DNA of 64,000 bases from Lingula anatina (lineage: Eukaryota > Animalia > Brachiopoda), in NCBI GenBank assembly GCA_051362555.1, contig CM120642.1:29574001-29638000 (forward strand), given 5' to 3'. Made by a program: the position numbers and the translations under genes. The notes beneath the pieces were generated by a model that saw only the letters and a list, made by a program, of their open reading frames with translations, had not been told where the DNA came from and did no database searches. Below, piece after piece: positions 23,501 through 35,931 of this stretch; positions within the stretch are counted from its first letter, which is position 1; each line of letters begins with the position of its first letter.

Positions 23501-26500
23501 TCATGTTAACATGTGCATGTGTATGAGAATGTACATGAAATAAAAACTTTACATTTGATCAATACCATTTTATCTATAACTATCTCAGATGGGGTCATGC
23601 TATTAGCGGGAGTTTCAAGACATCCAATTTCATGTGTGAACATGCAGGTTTGTGTGCTCAAAATGTGTTCCTTATTTACATTATAATAGTCAGGAAAACT
23701 TGTGGTGTTTAGCCCCACTAGTGAACTCTATTCATTATAACATGTCTTCTTGTGTATTTCCAGCTTGTAATTGCCCAGTGCTAGGGTCAGAGAGTCCAGT
23801 GTGTGACACTATCACTGGTCAGTGTCCATGCCGGGTGGGAGTGGCCAGAGCTGGACAGCTGGACAACACTGGACAGGTAAGGGAGAGAACACTTGATCTA
23901 TAAGTTATGTAAATTTATCTGATAAGTTTGTGTAGTTGAATACTAAAGGTTTGTCATTTTGATGATTTAAAAAACGAAAGTGTGGATTTTTGTTTGATAT
24001 TTGCATGAGAAATCCAATTAGGCTAAGCTTCTGTCTTTATTGACAAAGTAGTGGTGTTTTAAAGTAATTTTTCAGCATTGATTAATTTAGAAATTGGTAA
24101 TATATTGGATATACATGTATATTATATATTTATTTTAGACAAATGGAAACCATCCCATTGTTCAATTTTAACTCAAACATCCAACTTGAAAAATTCACAC
24201 CATCTTCCAGAAGACCCAGAAGACCGCCTCCATCCCTCCTCCATATAATTACAATTATAGTACATTCTCTGTTCCAGGTTGGCCAGCTCCAGTGTACGTC
24301 CTGTCTGTCAAACTATTACGGCTACAGCTCAGGACAGGGGTGCACGGCGTGTCTCTGTGACCAGGAGGGGAGCCTGTCACCCCAGTGTGACAGTGTCACT
24401 GGGGTTTGCAGCTGTAAGGTGACAATTACTGGGGACAAGTGTGACAGGTGTCTCACTGGGTACTATAACTTCACGGCCCTGGGGTGTAGGTAGGTGATAG
24501 ACAACAAGGGATTTTCACATTGATTGATATTAATAATACTTGAGCAATTTAGTCTGCACTGGTGTTTTGAGAGCCTGCAGCTGGCCATTACATTTGGATC
24601 CTCTGCTCTTGACACTGCTGATTGGTAAATTAAAATAAACAGATCAGAATGAACACATGGACTTACTAAAGGGTGTAAAATCCCTGTAGCGTATTATATG
24701 TTAGGACCTCTCTTGTATTGCTAGTTATATTGCACCATGAAAAGGGACATTTTAATATAGAAGATTTAATTTGCACACTGATCTTGGTAAATTAATAAAC
24801 AAATACCAGTCTGTAACAAAATTGTCAGTTCTATTTTAAGTGTGTGGTTGGCTCAGATATAACTTAGAATTAAAATGTCTAAGAGAACTGTTCCTATTAC
24901 AGTGATTTGACGCAGTAGTATTGTGTGAAATTGCTCATTTTTATGGAACAAAATTACAACAAATCATTATGTTAAATATTGTAATGTTGATTAAGCCTGG
25001 AACAAAGCTTGCATTCATTCAGAGATGTGGTGCACCATTAAGTATTTTTTTTTTTGACCTCTAGTTTAAATTTGTGGTCAATCCAGATATTAATTAAAAT
25101 TTAGATGTCTAAGAGCACTATGCATATTACAGCAATTTGAAAGAGTAGTGTTATGTGAAATTGCTCACTTTCATGGAACAAAATGACATCGAATCATTAT
25201 GTTCATTGTTGTTGATTAAGCCTGGAACAAAGCTTGCATTCATTCAGAAACATGGTACACGTTAAAGTATTTGTGACACTATTCAACTGTACAACCCATT
25301 GTTTCATTCAAAATCTTTCAGGCCCTGCAATTGTAACCCAGACGGCTCCCTAGACATCAACTGCAACCAGACGACTGGACTTTGTCCCTGCAAATCTAAT
25401 GTAGATGGCGCCAAGTGTGACTCCTGTGTGGCTGGCACCTTCAACCTGGCCCAGACTAACCCCGACGGATGTCAGCCATGTTTCTGCTTTGAGCATGGAA
25501 CGCAGTGCACCTCAGCACAGGGCTATGTGGCCAGCTCATTGTACACAGATAGGTAATGATGACTGACAAAAATAGCAGTACTGTGATAATCTGTGAATAC
25601 TACAGGAAACTGGTATTAAGATTATGCCCTTGGAGGAGTTTCAAACAGCCAAAAACAGTGTTCTGAAATTCTGGCTAAATTATTAAACAACACAAAATGC
25701 ATAAGTTTTTAGGCTACAAAGATGATTGATTTTAGCATGCTGTTGAGTAGAAGATTGCTATTTGTTGACAGTACTTGGCATATACAATATTTTTATTATA
25801 GTGTCCAGTCTTGGCTCCTTGGCACTAATGAATACTCCACTCACAGAAGGGCACCTGCTGAGTTACTAGGGAACAGGTTCACTTCATACGGCCAGCTGTT
25901 ATCTCTGTACATGAGACCCAGGACTGGCACTGTGTTCTTGAACGGAGAGCGTGCTGTAGTGATGTCAGGCGGAGGTAATGTGAATTCATTGACTAAAAGT
26001 AGAAGATATTATAGCATGATTTCATCCACAGCATAGTGTTTTCTTGCTTTATTTCTTCACATCCGATGAAAAAAAACATGCACTTTCACCTTGAATATCA
26101 CTTCTAGAACTCTCTTGAACTCAGTTGCTAGAAAGGGGGTGGCAAATGTTATAATTGGATAATGACCACATTTTTTATCTTGATGCATAATGCAGAAGTG
26201 AGGATTTCAGAGGTGAATAATGTTTCACATTTGAGAAGGAAAACATACTGAGTCTTTTAGATATTTCGGTCATTATTAGCTTAAAGTTTTTACTTTGTTT
26301 CTTTTGCCACACTAAAAACTTTATAAAAACTCAATATCAGTAAAATATCAGTAACACCGATTTCTACTTTTTTTTTATCCAGGAGTGACCGTGTTCTATG
26401 ACCCTGGAGATGTGACCCTCTCCACCACACACACCACCCAGGTGGAGGTTCTACTGCATGAACAATACTGGAGACTGGCAGTTGACACCAGGAAGAGCCC

Positions 26501-28254
26501 CTCACCACGCCAGTTTTATGGTAAGATCCTAAACAGATATGTAACGATATGCAACAAAAAGATTAATCTTCAGGTTTAGTAAGTAAAATTAAGATAGCAC
26601 AATGCATATGGTCTGAATCAAAAAGGAAAAAAAAAATTTTTGAAAAATAACATTTGTTGTTAATTTGTTATCTAAGCATAAGTGTTATAAAATCTATAAA
26701 AACTGTTTTTAAGTGTTGACAAGTTATCAAGTTGTTGCATGAAAATCAGATTTTTATAACAACAGCAACATGCTGATTTAAATTTTTTCTTAATTCTAGG
26801 TGTTCTGGTAGACCTCCAGGCAGTGTACATCAAGTCAATCTACAGCGGGACATTGGTGGACACACTTAATGTTACCTTGGTTACAGCAGAGCCTGCATCA
26901 ACAATAGATGGCAGTGCTGTCCCTGTCAGCCACGTGGAAAATTGCACTTGTGGATCTTTTACGTCAGGTAAATCATATTGTTGAATCACATGTGTATGCC
27001 GAGTTTGATATTTATTCTTTTTGGAATGAACAGTTGTTGCACAAGCTGTTTTTCACTATGAAACTGTGCATAAGTATTATATTTAAGTTTAATGAAAGAA
27101 GAAAATGCATTATCTTTGAATAACAACTATTTGAATTTAACTTTGTGGTATGTTGTGAATTCTGCTTTTAGTGAATATGCATATTTTTTTTACATTGCTG
27201 ATAATATGTGGCGTAAGGATAATGCATCTTTAAGACTTAGTCTAATCTATTCACTTAATTAATAGGTTCCTTAGTTGAAATATAAGGATGATTTTAATCT
27301 CTTTTCCTCAGGCCTTTCTTGTGAAACATGTCAGGCAGGACATCGGCGCATTGTAAACAGAAGCGACCCGTATAGTCCTTGCCAGCCATGTGAGTGCAAC
27401 GGGAGAACAGAGACGGTTGTCCCTGAATGTGACGCAGCCACTGGGGTCTGTCTCAACTGTCGCAATGGGACGATGGGCTCTGACTGTTCAGGGTGTGCTG
27501 CCAATGTGATAGGGGCCAACTGCGACCAGTGTAGCTTTGGATTTTGGGGACTTGGAAGAGATGGATGTAGAGGTAAAACATATTTTTTTCTTTCTTTTTT
27601 AAAATTTTATACTGTAATTAATTATAACCATGTTTTTTGCCTTGGTTTGAGAATGCCACTGGTATAGATGATAATACACTGTTTATTGTATGAATTTTAC
27701 TTCTGAAGTACATAATTATTCATTTTATGAATACAGGCTTTCCAGAAGTATAACTCTCAGAATACATAGATAATACCATTTATGAAGTTATTTATAATAG
27801 GAAAACACAGTATAATTAACGGGATTGATTGATAAAAAAAAAAAAAAAACATGCACAGAATATTCTGGAATGCTAAGAGTTGACAAAATTGTGTTTATAC
27901 ATCCTATAAGACAATGAATCTGGTGACCAGTGCTCGAGGGGATTATCTTCAGATTATCTGCATACTAATTAAGAAATTAGCAAAAAAAGGCTGCACCTAA
28001 CTTTTTATATAAAAATGTCACTCTTCAATCATAAACACCATATTTTCACTGTCGTCACTGATTTCATTTCTGATTGTTGTAGCATGTGAGTGCAGCCCAG
28101 TTGGAGCAAATGGAGACTTCTGTCAGCTCCAGTCAGGCCAGTGTGACTGTAAGGCCAATGTGATAGGGAGGCAATGTGATACATGTGCTGATAACTATGG
28201 TGACCTGACTTCTGCAGGGTGTACTGGTTAGTAGTGCTCACATATGTGTGCATG

Positions 28255-28317
<63 letters not shown>

Positions 28318-31300
28318 TTTGCAAAATACTGAACTGCCAACAAATTATTACATTATGCACATAAATATTGAAGGATTGATATTCATGAATGTTGTTAGTT
28401 AACCTATATATAGTATTGTAAATCACAGTGAATTATAACATTATTTATATAAAAGTGTCTTGACATTTACTATATCACTCCGCTGCAAAGTTGATACTTT
28501 CATTGAAATAAAACATCCTATTTTAAAACCATCATATTTTCTTCTCTTTCAGTCTGCGATGAATGTTACAGTCTGGTGACCCCAGAGGTAGACCTCCTAC
28601 GCCAGCTGCAGGTCAACCTGACCCAGTATGTGACCTACTTACAGAGTCAGGACTGGAATACCGAGCTGGGGACGCCATTCACTGTGAGGCTGAATGAAAC
28701 TCTGCTCAGAATGGACCAGCTCAAGGACTATGTAAGTATAATATCATGGACTGTCAAGTTACAACAGACATTGTAAAGAATTTAGTGTTACAGAAAAAAT
28801 TTTTTTGGTAAAATATACAGTATTTGTTAATTGTGAACTGCTTACTAATTTTATCTGTTTGATTTAATTAAGGTTGTTTATTAAAACACATGAAAAGAGA
28901 AAAATAAAATATGCTTTACATGTGAGTTTCTCTCTAGACAGTAGATGTGGAGTAATTTATGGAATTTTTTTCTAAAGATACAAAATTTAATTACTAATAA
29001 ATATTCACACACAATTTCTTTGAGGCATAGGTGTCATATTTAAGACACAATATGCCTCTTGAAACCAACTTTGATTTTGATTTTATACTATTTTATAGTT
29101 CTCTATCAATCATACATTTATCCTTTCATTAAAAACATTGCATCCACCAACAATAAGAGAAAGTAAGTATTAAGTGCTGTGTATTCTCTTCAAGCTAACA
29201 CAAGCTGCAGCAGTAGAAACTCCTGTATCCACGGAGATCACCCGTCTGAATCAAACCCTGCAACATCTGATTGGTCTCCTGGAGACAGTGGTGAATGCTG
29301 GGATACAGAATGCCAATGCCACCAACGCCGCCTCTGAACTGCTGGTGGAACAGAGTCAGGTGGAAATAGACTATATCAATACAACACTGAGAGATACATA
29401 TGGGAAATTACAAGGTGATTGTTGTAATGTGTTTTTTACTTTTTTTGAATTATTACATGATGTGGCAAGCATAAGTGGTTTGCACATTTATACGTGCAAA
29501 GCAATTTAAACAGAGAAGACAAGATCTTTTCTAGCTGTCAGTTTATTTATTTATTGATATCTGTCATTGCTAAATAATAATCTTCAAATACAGGTTGTTC
29601 TTGCCTGGAGGTTTCATACACCGTTACTCAATAACAATGATGAACTTCAAACTAATGTTGCTGACTAATTCTAATTTAATTTTTTTAACATACACATGGT
29701 TTTTTCACTTTTCGTCGTTATACTGTGAGTCATCTTTATTTTTACATGTATCACTTAATCATTCTCATCTATTAACTTTCATAGGATTACGTAATGTTGG
29801 TAAGTCTACTGAAAATTTTATGATTTTTAGACTAAAATATATTATTATGATATATTATATTATCACAGGTTCTATAGCCCAGGTGACTGCTGACATTGGC
29901 GCCCTGCTGTCCTCCATCCAGACAGCCCAGAGTGAGCTGAGCAGCCTGGCAAACAATGCGGTAGATGAGCTGGTGAGGACCACTACTGTTGTGGAGAAGA
30001 TGGAGGTTGATGTCACAGAGACCAGGACAAGAGCACAGGAGACACTTCAGGTATAGACACACTGGGGAACAGAGTCGCAAAAATTGTCATTTAAGTTCAA
30101 CTTTCCAGAGCAGAAAATGTCCATATTAGACATGAGCTTTTTCCGCAGAATCACGGGAATTTCTCTTTTTATGTACAGACACAGATGTGTCTGTACATAT
30201 AGCCATCATCTGCGTCTGTCGTCGCCGTCGCCGTCGCCGTCGCCGTCGTCGCCGTGCACTTTTACCGATAACACGATAAGTGGAAAACTGTTTTTTCTTT
30301 TGGCTTGAAACTTACAGAACTGATGAATATTTGTAATACGCAGGTCAAGTTCGAAAATCAGCATGATCGGGTCACTTATAGGGAATTTATGCTGTATTTT
30401 CACTTTTTTCAGCATATATGCAGCACCGATAACACGATAAGTGGAAAATCATTTTACCTTTTGGCTTGAAACTTACAGAACTGATGAATATTCATAATAC
30501 GCAGGTCAAGTTCGAAAATCAGCATGATCGGGTCATTTATAGGGAATTTATGCTGTTTTTTCACTTTTTTCAGCATATATGCAGCACCGATAACACGATA
30601 AGTGGAAAACCATTTTACCTTTTGACTTGAAACTTACAGTACTGATGAATATTCATAATACGCAGGTCAAGTTTGAAAATCAGCGTGATTGGGTCATTTT
30701 TAGTGAATTTAGGCTATTTTTTCTCTTTTTTCAGCATATATGCAGCACCGATAACACCATAAATGGAAAACCATTTTACCTTTTGGCTTGAAACTTACAA
30801 AACTGATGAATATTCAAAATACGCAGGTCAAGTTTGAAAATCAGCATGATCGGGCCATTTTTAGGGATGTTATGCTGTTTTTTCACTTCTTTCAACATAT
30901 ATGCATCGCTAATAACACAATATAAGAAAAACAGATAGGCCAATTGTCATTATACTCACAGGAGTAGTCAAACAAACTAAAACGCAGGTTAAGATCCAAA
31001 ATCAGCATAATCGGGCCATTCTTTTAGAAGTTATGCTGTTTTTTCACATTTCCTCAGATTCATTTGTTAGGCATATTAATAGTCTCATTATTGAACTAAT
31101 AAGATACGTAAAAGTGTTTGTTTGACATTTCCTGCATCTTAATAACATTGTTAGTTGATTATGTAAAAATGATGGGAAACTTGTTATTGTGTATTATGTT
31201 ATAAAGTGTCAAAAATGGAAATAAACAAATATCATTGCAGTTTGTCAGATTCAATCATCTACTATATTCATTATCTCAGAATGGAGGAAATTGGACATTT

Positions 31301-34300
31301 AACACTGTTCTATTGATATTTTTCCCATCTCATCAATTTTCTTAGTTGATCATATACAAATGGTAAAAAACTGTTTATTTTGTTTTATGTTAAAAAAAGT
31401 GTTTTAAAAATGAAAGTAAACCCATTGCAGAACAGTGCTGTCTTGTTTCAGCATATATGCAGCACCGATAACACGATAAGTTGAAAACCATTTTACCTTT
31501 TCCCTTGAAACTTACAAAACTGATGAATATTCATAATACGCAGGTCAAGTTCAAAAAATCTGCATGATCGGGTCATTTTTAGGGCAGTTATGCTGTTTTT
31601 CACTTTTTTCACCATATATGCAATACTGATAACATGATAAGTGAAAAATCATTTTACCTTTTGGCTTGAAACTTGCAGAACTAATGAATATTCATAATAC
31701 GCAGGTCAAGTTTGAAAATCAGTATGATTGGGTCATTTTTAGGGAAGTTATGCTGTTTTTCACTTTTTTCAGCATATATGCAACACTGATAATATGATAA
31801 GTGGAAAACCATTTTACCTTTTGGTTTGAAACTTGCAGAACTAATGAATATTCATAATACGCAGGTCAAGTTTGAAACTCAGCATCATCGGGTCATTTTT
31901 AGGGAAGTAATGCTGTTTTTTCACTTTTTTCAGCATGTATGCAACACCTTTGTGCTATATGATGGTACTGTATGGATGACAGTCTATAAAATTGTCCCTT
32001 GGGTGATCACTAATTAAATTAAGGTCTATAAAGTCACTTGCCTACTCATTAATTTTCAATTGGCCATTAAATGAGATTACATAAAACACTCCTTGAGATT
32101 TCCCTGTAAAGTCCCATAGGTTTAGCTCTCTTAACTGTGTCACAAAATTAGGATTTGGTGATAATTGTGCAGATAAATGGTGTTTAACATTGCAAATAAA
32201 TTTACAACAAAAAGATTGTGTTATGCCAACATGCTATAGATGAATAACAGTGCTTTATTTTTCTCAAACTTGGTGGGGTTATTAATATCAAGTCAATACA
32301 GCTAGATTAAAAGTTTGAATAGCAGCTTTATTGGAATTTTTTACGTTTTATTTAAAATTTTTTTAAAATTATTTTTCAAACACAAGCATCTTCAAGATGT
32401 GATTTTATACTCCCATCCACCAGAAGTGCGGTGCATTTTCTGTATTTTTGTATATAATTGTTTTTTCTTCAGATTTAATTCTTAGGCATGTTAACAGTCT
32501 CATTATGGAACTAATAAGATATGTAAAAGTGTTGTTTTGACATTTTCTGCTTCTTAACAATATTGTTTGTTGATTATATAAAAATGACGGTAAACCTGTT
32601 ATAATATTGTGCATTGTGTAATAAAGTATCATAAATGGAAAGGAACTCATCATTGCAGTTTGTCAGATTTAATCATTCACTATGTTCAGCATCTGCAAAT
32701 GGAGCAAATTGGACATTGAAAATTGTTCTATTGCTATTTTTCCTATGTCAACAATTTTCCTAGTTGAACATTTAAAAATGACAGTTTATTGATCATTTTG
32801 TTTTAAAAAAGGTGTTGAAAATGGAAAGAAAATCATTTCAGTACAGTTATCTCTTGTTTACATTTTGGCATTTTGAAAGTGTGACTCTGAACTTCCATGG
32901 CCTTGAAGACCTTCCCAAATCACATTTTCTGAATATTCATGATACTTTTATTTTTTTATAAAAAATTTGATGGTCATTATGCTGTTAAGTATTATGTTTT
33001 ATTGCATGAAAGTTGAAGAAAACCCTATTTTGGACACTGCTGCCAGGATAGCGATTAAGGGAAAACCATGTTACTTACGATACTGAAACTTAGTGAAAAG
33101 TTTCATAAGACAGAAGTGCGCAGCTTGTGTTTGAAAACCAGTGTGATTGTTTTCTGTTTTGGAGGCAATGCAGGTTTATAGAGTGCTATACTGGCATTTT
33201 CAAGTTGTGACTTATCACTCCCATCTGCCAGGAGCCCTGTACTCTTACTTTGTAACATTTTCTGTATTTTGTAAGAATGATTCTTAGGATTGACATACAG
33301 CCCAAAAAAAAAAAAAAAAAAAATTAATAATATATATATATATATATATATATTTTTTTAATGAGTTTAAGCAATTTTTTTTGTGTGTAATTTTCACTGT
33401 ACCTCATTCTGGCATTTCCAAAGTTTAACTCTTATCAGCCTGACACCTTAGGGACTATTTCCAGACCCTATCACGCTAACTGTGGATCGATCTATCTCCA
33501 TGGGAATTCTCGCTAAATTGCAATCAATGTAAGTGGCTTAGTTGTCTGTCACGCCCACTGAAACTGGCATGCCAGAATCCTAAGACTCTCAAATTGAAAG
33601 CAATTTAGTGAGAAACCCCTTGGAGTTGCATTGATCCTGTTAGATTGATCTAGGTATGGGAACTTAGTCTAATGCTTGATACACATTTTACTTTCATCCT
33701 AATCCAATGGTATGCAGAGTAAGAATTTGATGTTGGCTATGCAGTTACAGTAAGCATAATACATTAGCTCATCAGAATTGACAGTATCCTATTTCCTGCG
33801 TTTTTATTTTCTGGTTTTTGTCTGTACATTTGACAGCTTTGCTGCCTTGTTACATGACCCCAGAGCAGTTAAACCTCCAAAAATTTATGTAAGGTGTTTG
33901 GTTTGGTTTTTTTTTTCTAAAACCTGGGCTCGTGTCTGCTATATTAAGCTAGAAATACTAATGTGGAATGGTAAGTAATGAGCCAATGTATTTTATATTT
34001 GAATGGCAAATTTGAAACTGAAGTCCTGACTGTGAGAGAAAAGATTAAGAAATATTCAAAGTTATCATCCAGGATGTGCTGTTCATTGGAGCCACGCTTT
34101 GTCATATCAACTTGTATCTTTATGTTCTTGTGTTTAATTTGTATTTGTGAAACAAAATGGACAGGCAATAGTAAACATGGAAGATGATGTCATTACAGCA
34201 CAGGAAAAGTCCTGGTTATAAGATTTGCTCCATATGCATACTCTGTCATAGTTTTGTTTTGACATATGTACTGATACAAATTCATGTTGAAATTAAGCCT

Positions 34301-35886
34301 GCAGTAGCTAAATATATATTAATATAAATCATTACCATCCCTTCCAGTTGCTCCAGACCAGTCAGCAGACCCAGCAGAACAGCACAGACAGAGCCAACAG
34401 CCTCCAGGTCTTCATGAGGGTCCTGGCCAGCAGGAATGGTAACCTAGCAACCAGTGCAGAGGGCGCCAGGAGTGCCATCACCCAGGCACAGGAGGCCATG
34501 TTGCTTGCCCTGGGGAATGTGAGCCAGTACCAGGATATAGTAATGGACAGCCAGACACTGACCACCAGGGCGCAGCTACTGAAGGAGGAGGCAGAGGCGT
34601 TGAACTTTGAGGTGAGGAATCTTTATTTATTTGCATGTGTATATAAATTTATCTTGCCTCTGTTATTAGGTATTATAAAGAAATAAGTAGAATGCTATGT
34701 GTATTTTAACTTTACAAAGTTCATTTTTTTTCCTGCACATTTTTTTAAATATTGAGTTGAAGAGAGAGAAGATGTATGCAGGTTATATAAGATGAATGGA
34801 AAATTATACTTATTCAGATATGCATATTTGAGTGACACAAAATTGTAAAAAAATAACATAAAACTTTTACAACCTTTACTTATCACTAATCATATTTCAG
34901 AAAATTATTATAATATTATAACTAGAATTTACATATTCTTTTCCTGTGATGAAATTTGATTTTTTTATTAATATCAACATTGTGCTCCAGGCTAACCAGG
35001 CAACTGCCAACAACCAGACAATAGTGGCCCTGGTGAAGGAGGCGGAGCTGTACACGGCTGGCCTGACAGACAGGGTGGTCGCCCTCAGACAGCAGGCAGA
35101 GAACCTGCTGGCCCGCGCCAGGACGGCGTATAACCTGACAGCCAGTGGGAAGGCACTGGAGGGGAAGACTTTTACTGATGCACAGAGGATGCTGCAGATT
35201 ATGAGGGAGTTTGACGCTCAAGCTGCTGGTGAGTGGGAGGGGAGTGGGGGTGGGGGTGGGTGGGTGGGGGTGGGGGTGGGGGTAGAGGGGGCGTAATGTG
35301 CCTGTTAAGACTTGTTCTGAGATTTTAATGTCTGTAATAAAGAAGTGGCAAGAACCTTTTAAGTCATACCTAAAAAACAATGCTTGTAGTAAATGAAAAC
35401 TTTATTTAATTTCTCTAGTTGAAAACATAATGTTCATGTGATTCAAAGAAATTGGAAAAGTCCCTGCTGATTTTCAAGTGTGCATTTCTGTTATCTTATA
35501 GATTTAAATATTGCACTGGAATAATAAATTATTTCATTTTTGAATTTAGACTGCAATGCTGTATTTTGATTTTTGTTTCACTTTATTCATTACTGATAAA
35601 AGACTCGTGTTTCATCCTGCACTTTTTATTTTACATGGCGTACCGACTGTTTCTACCTGGATATTGTAGGTGTTTCAGCAGCGGCTAACAGGTCACTCCT
35701 AGAGGTCCAGAAGGTCAAGGCCCTCAGTGACCAGGCTATCCAGAATGCCGAGGTCCTGAGGTCATCACTCCAGCCCACACAGGCCTTTGCACAGAATGCC
35801 CGGACAACAGCAGAACAGGCTAGGAGTACAGCTCAGAGCCAGGAGCAGGTCTCTCTTTCTCTCTGCTTTTCTCTCCCCTCTCTCTC

Positions 35887-35931
<45 letters not shown>

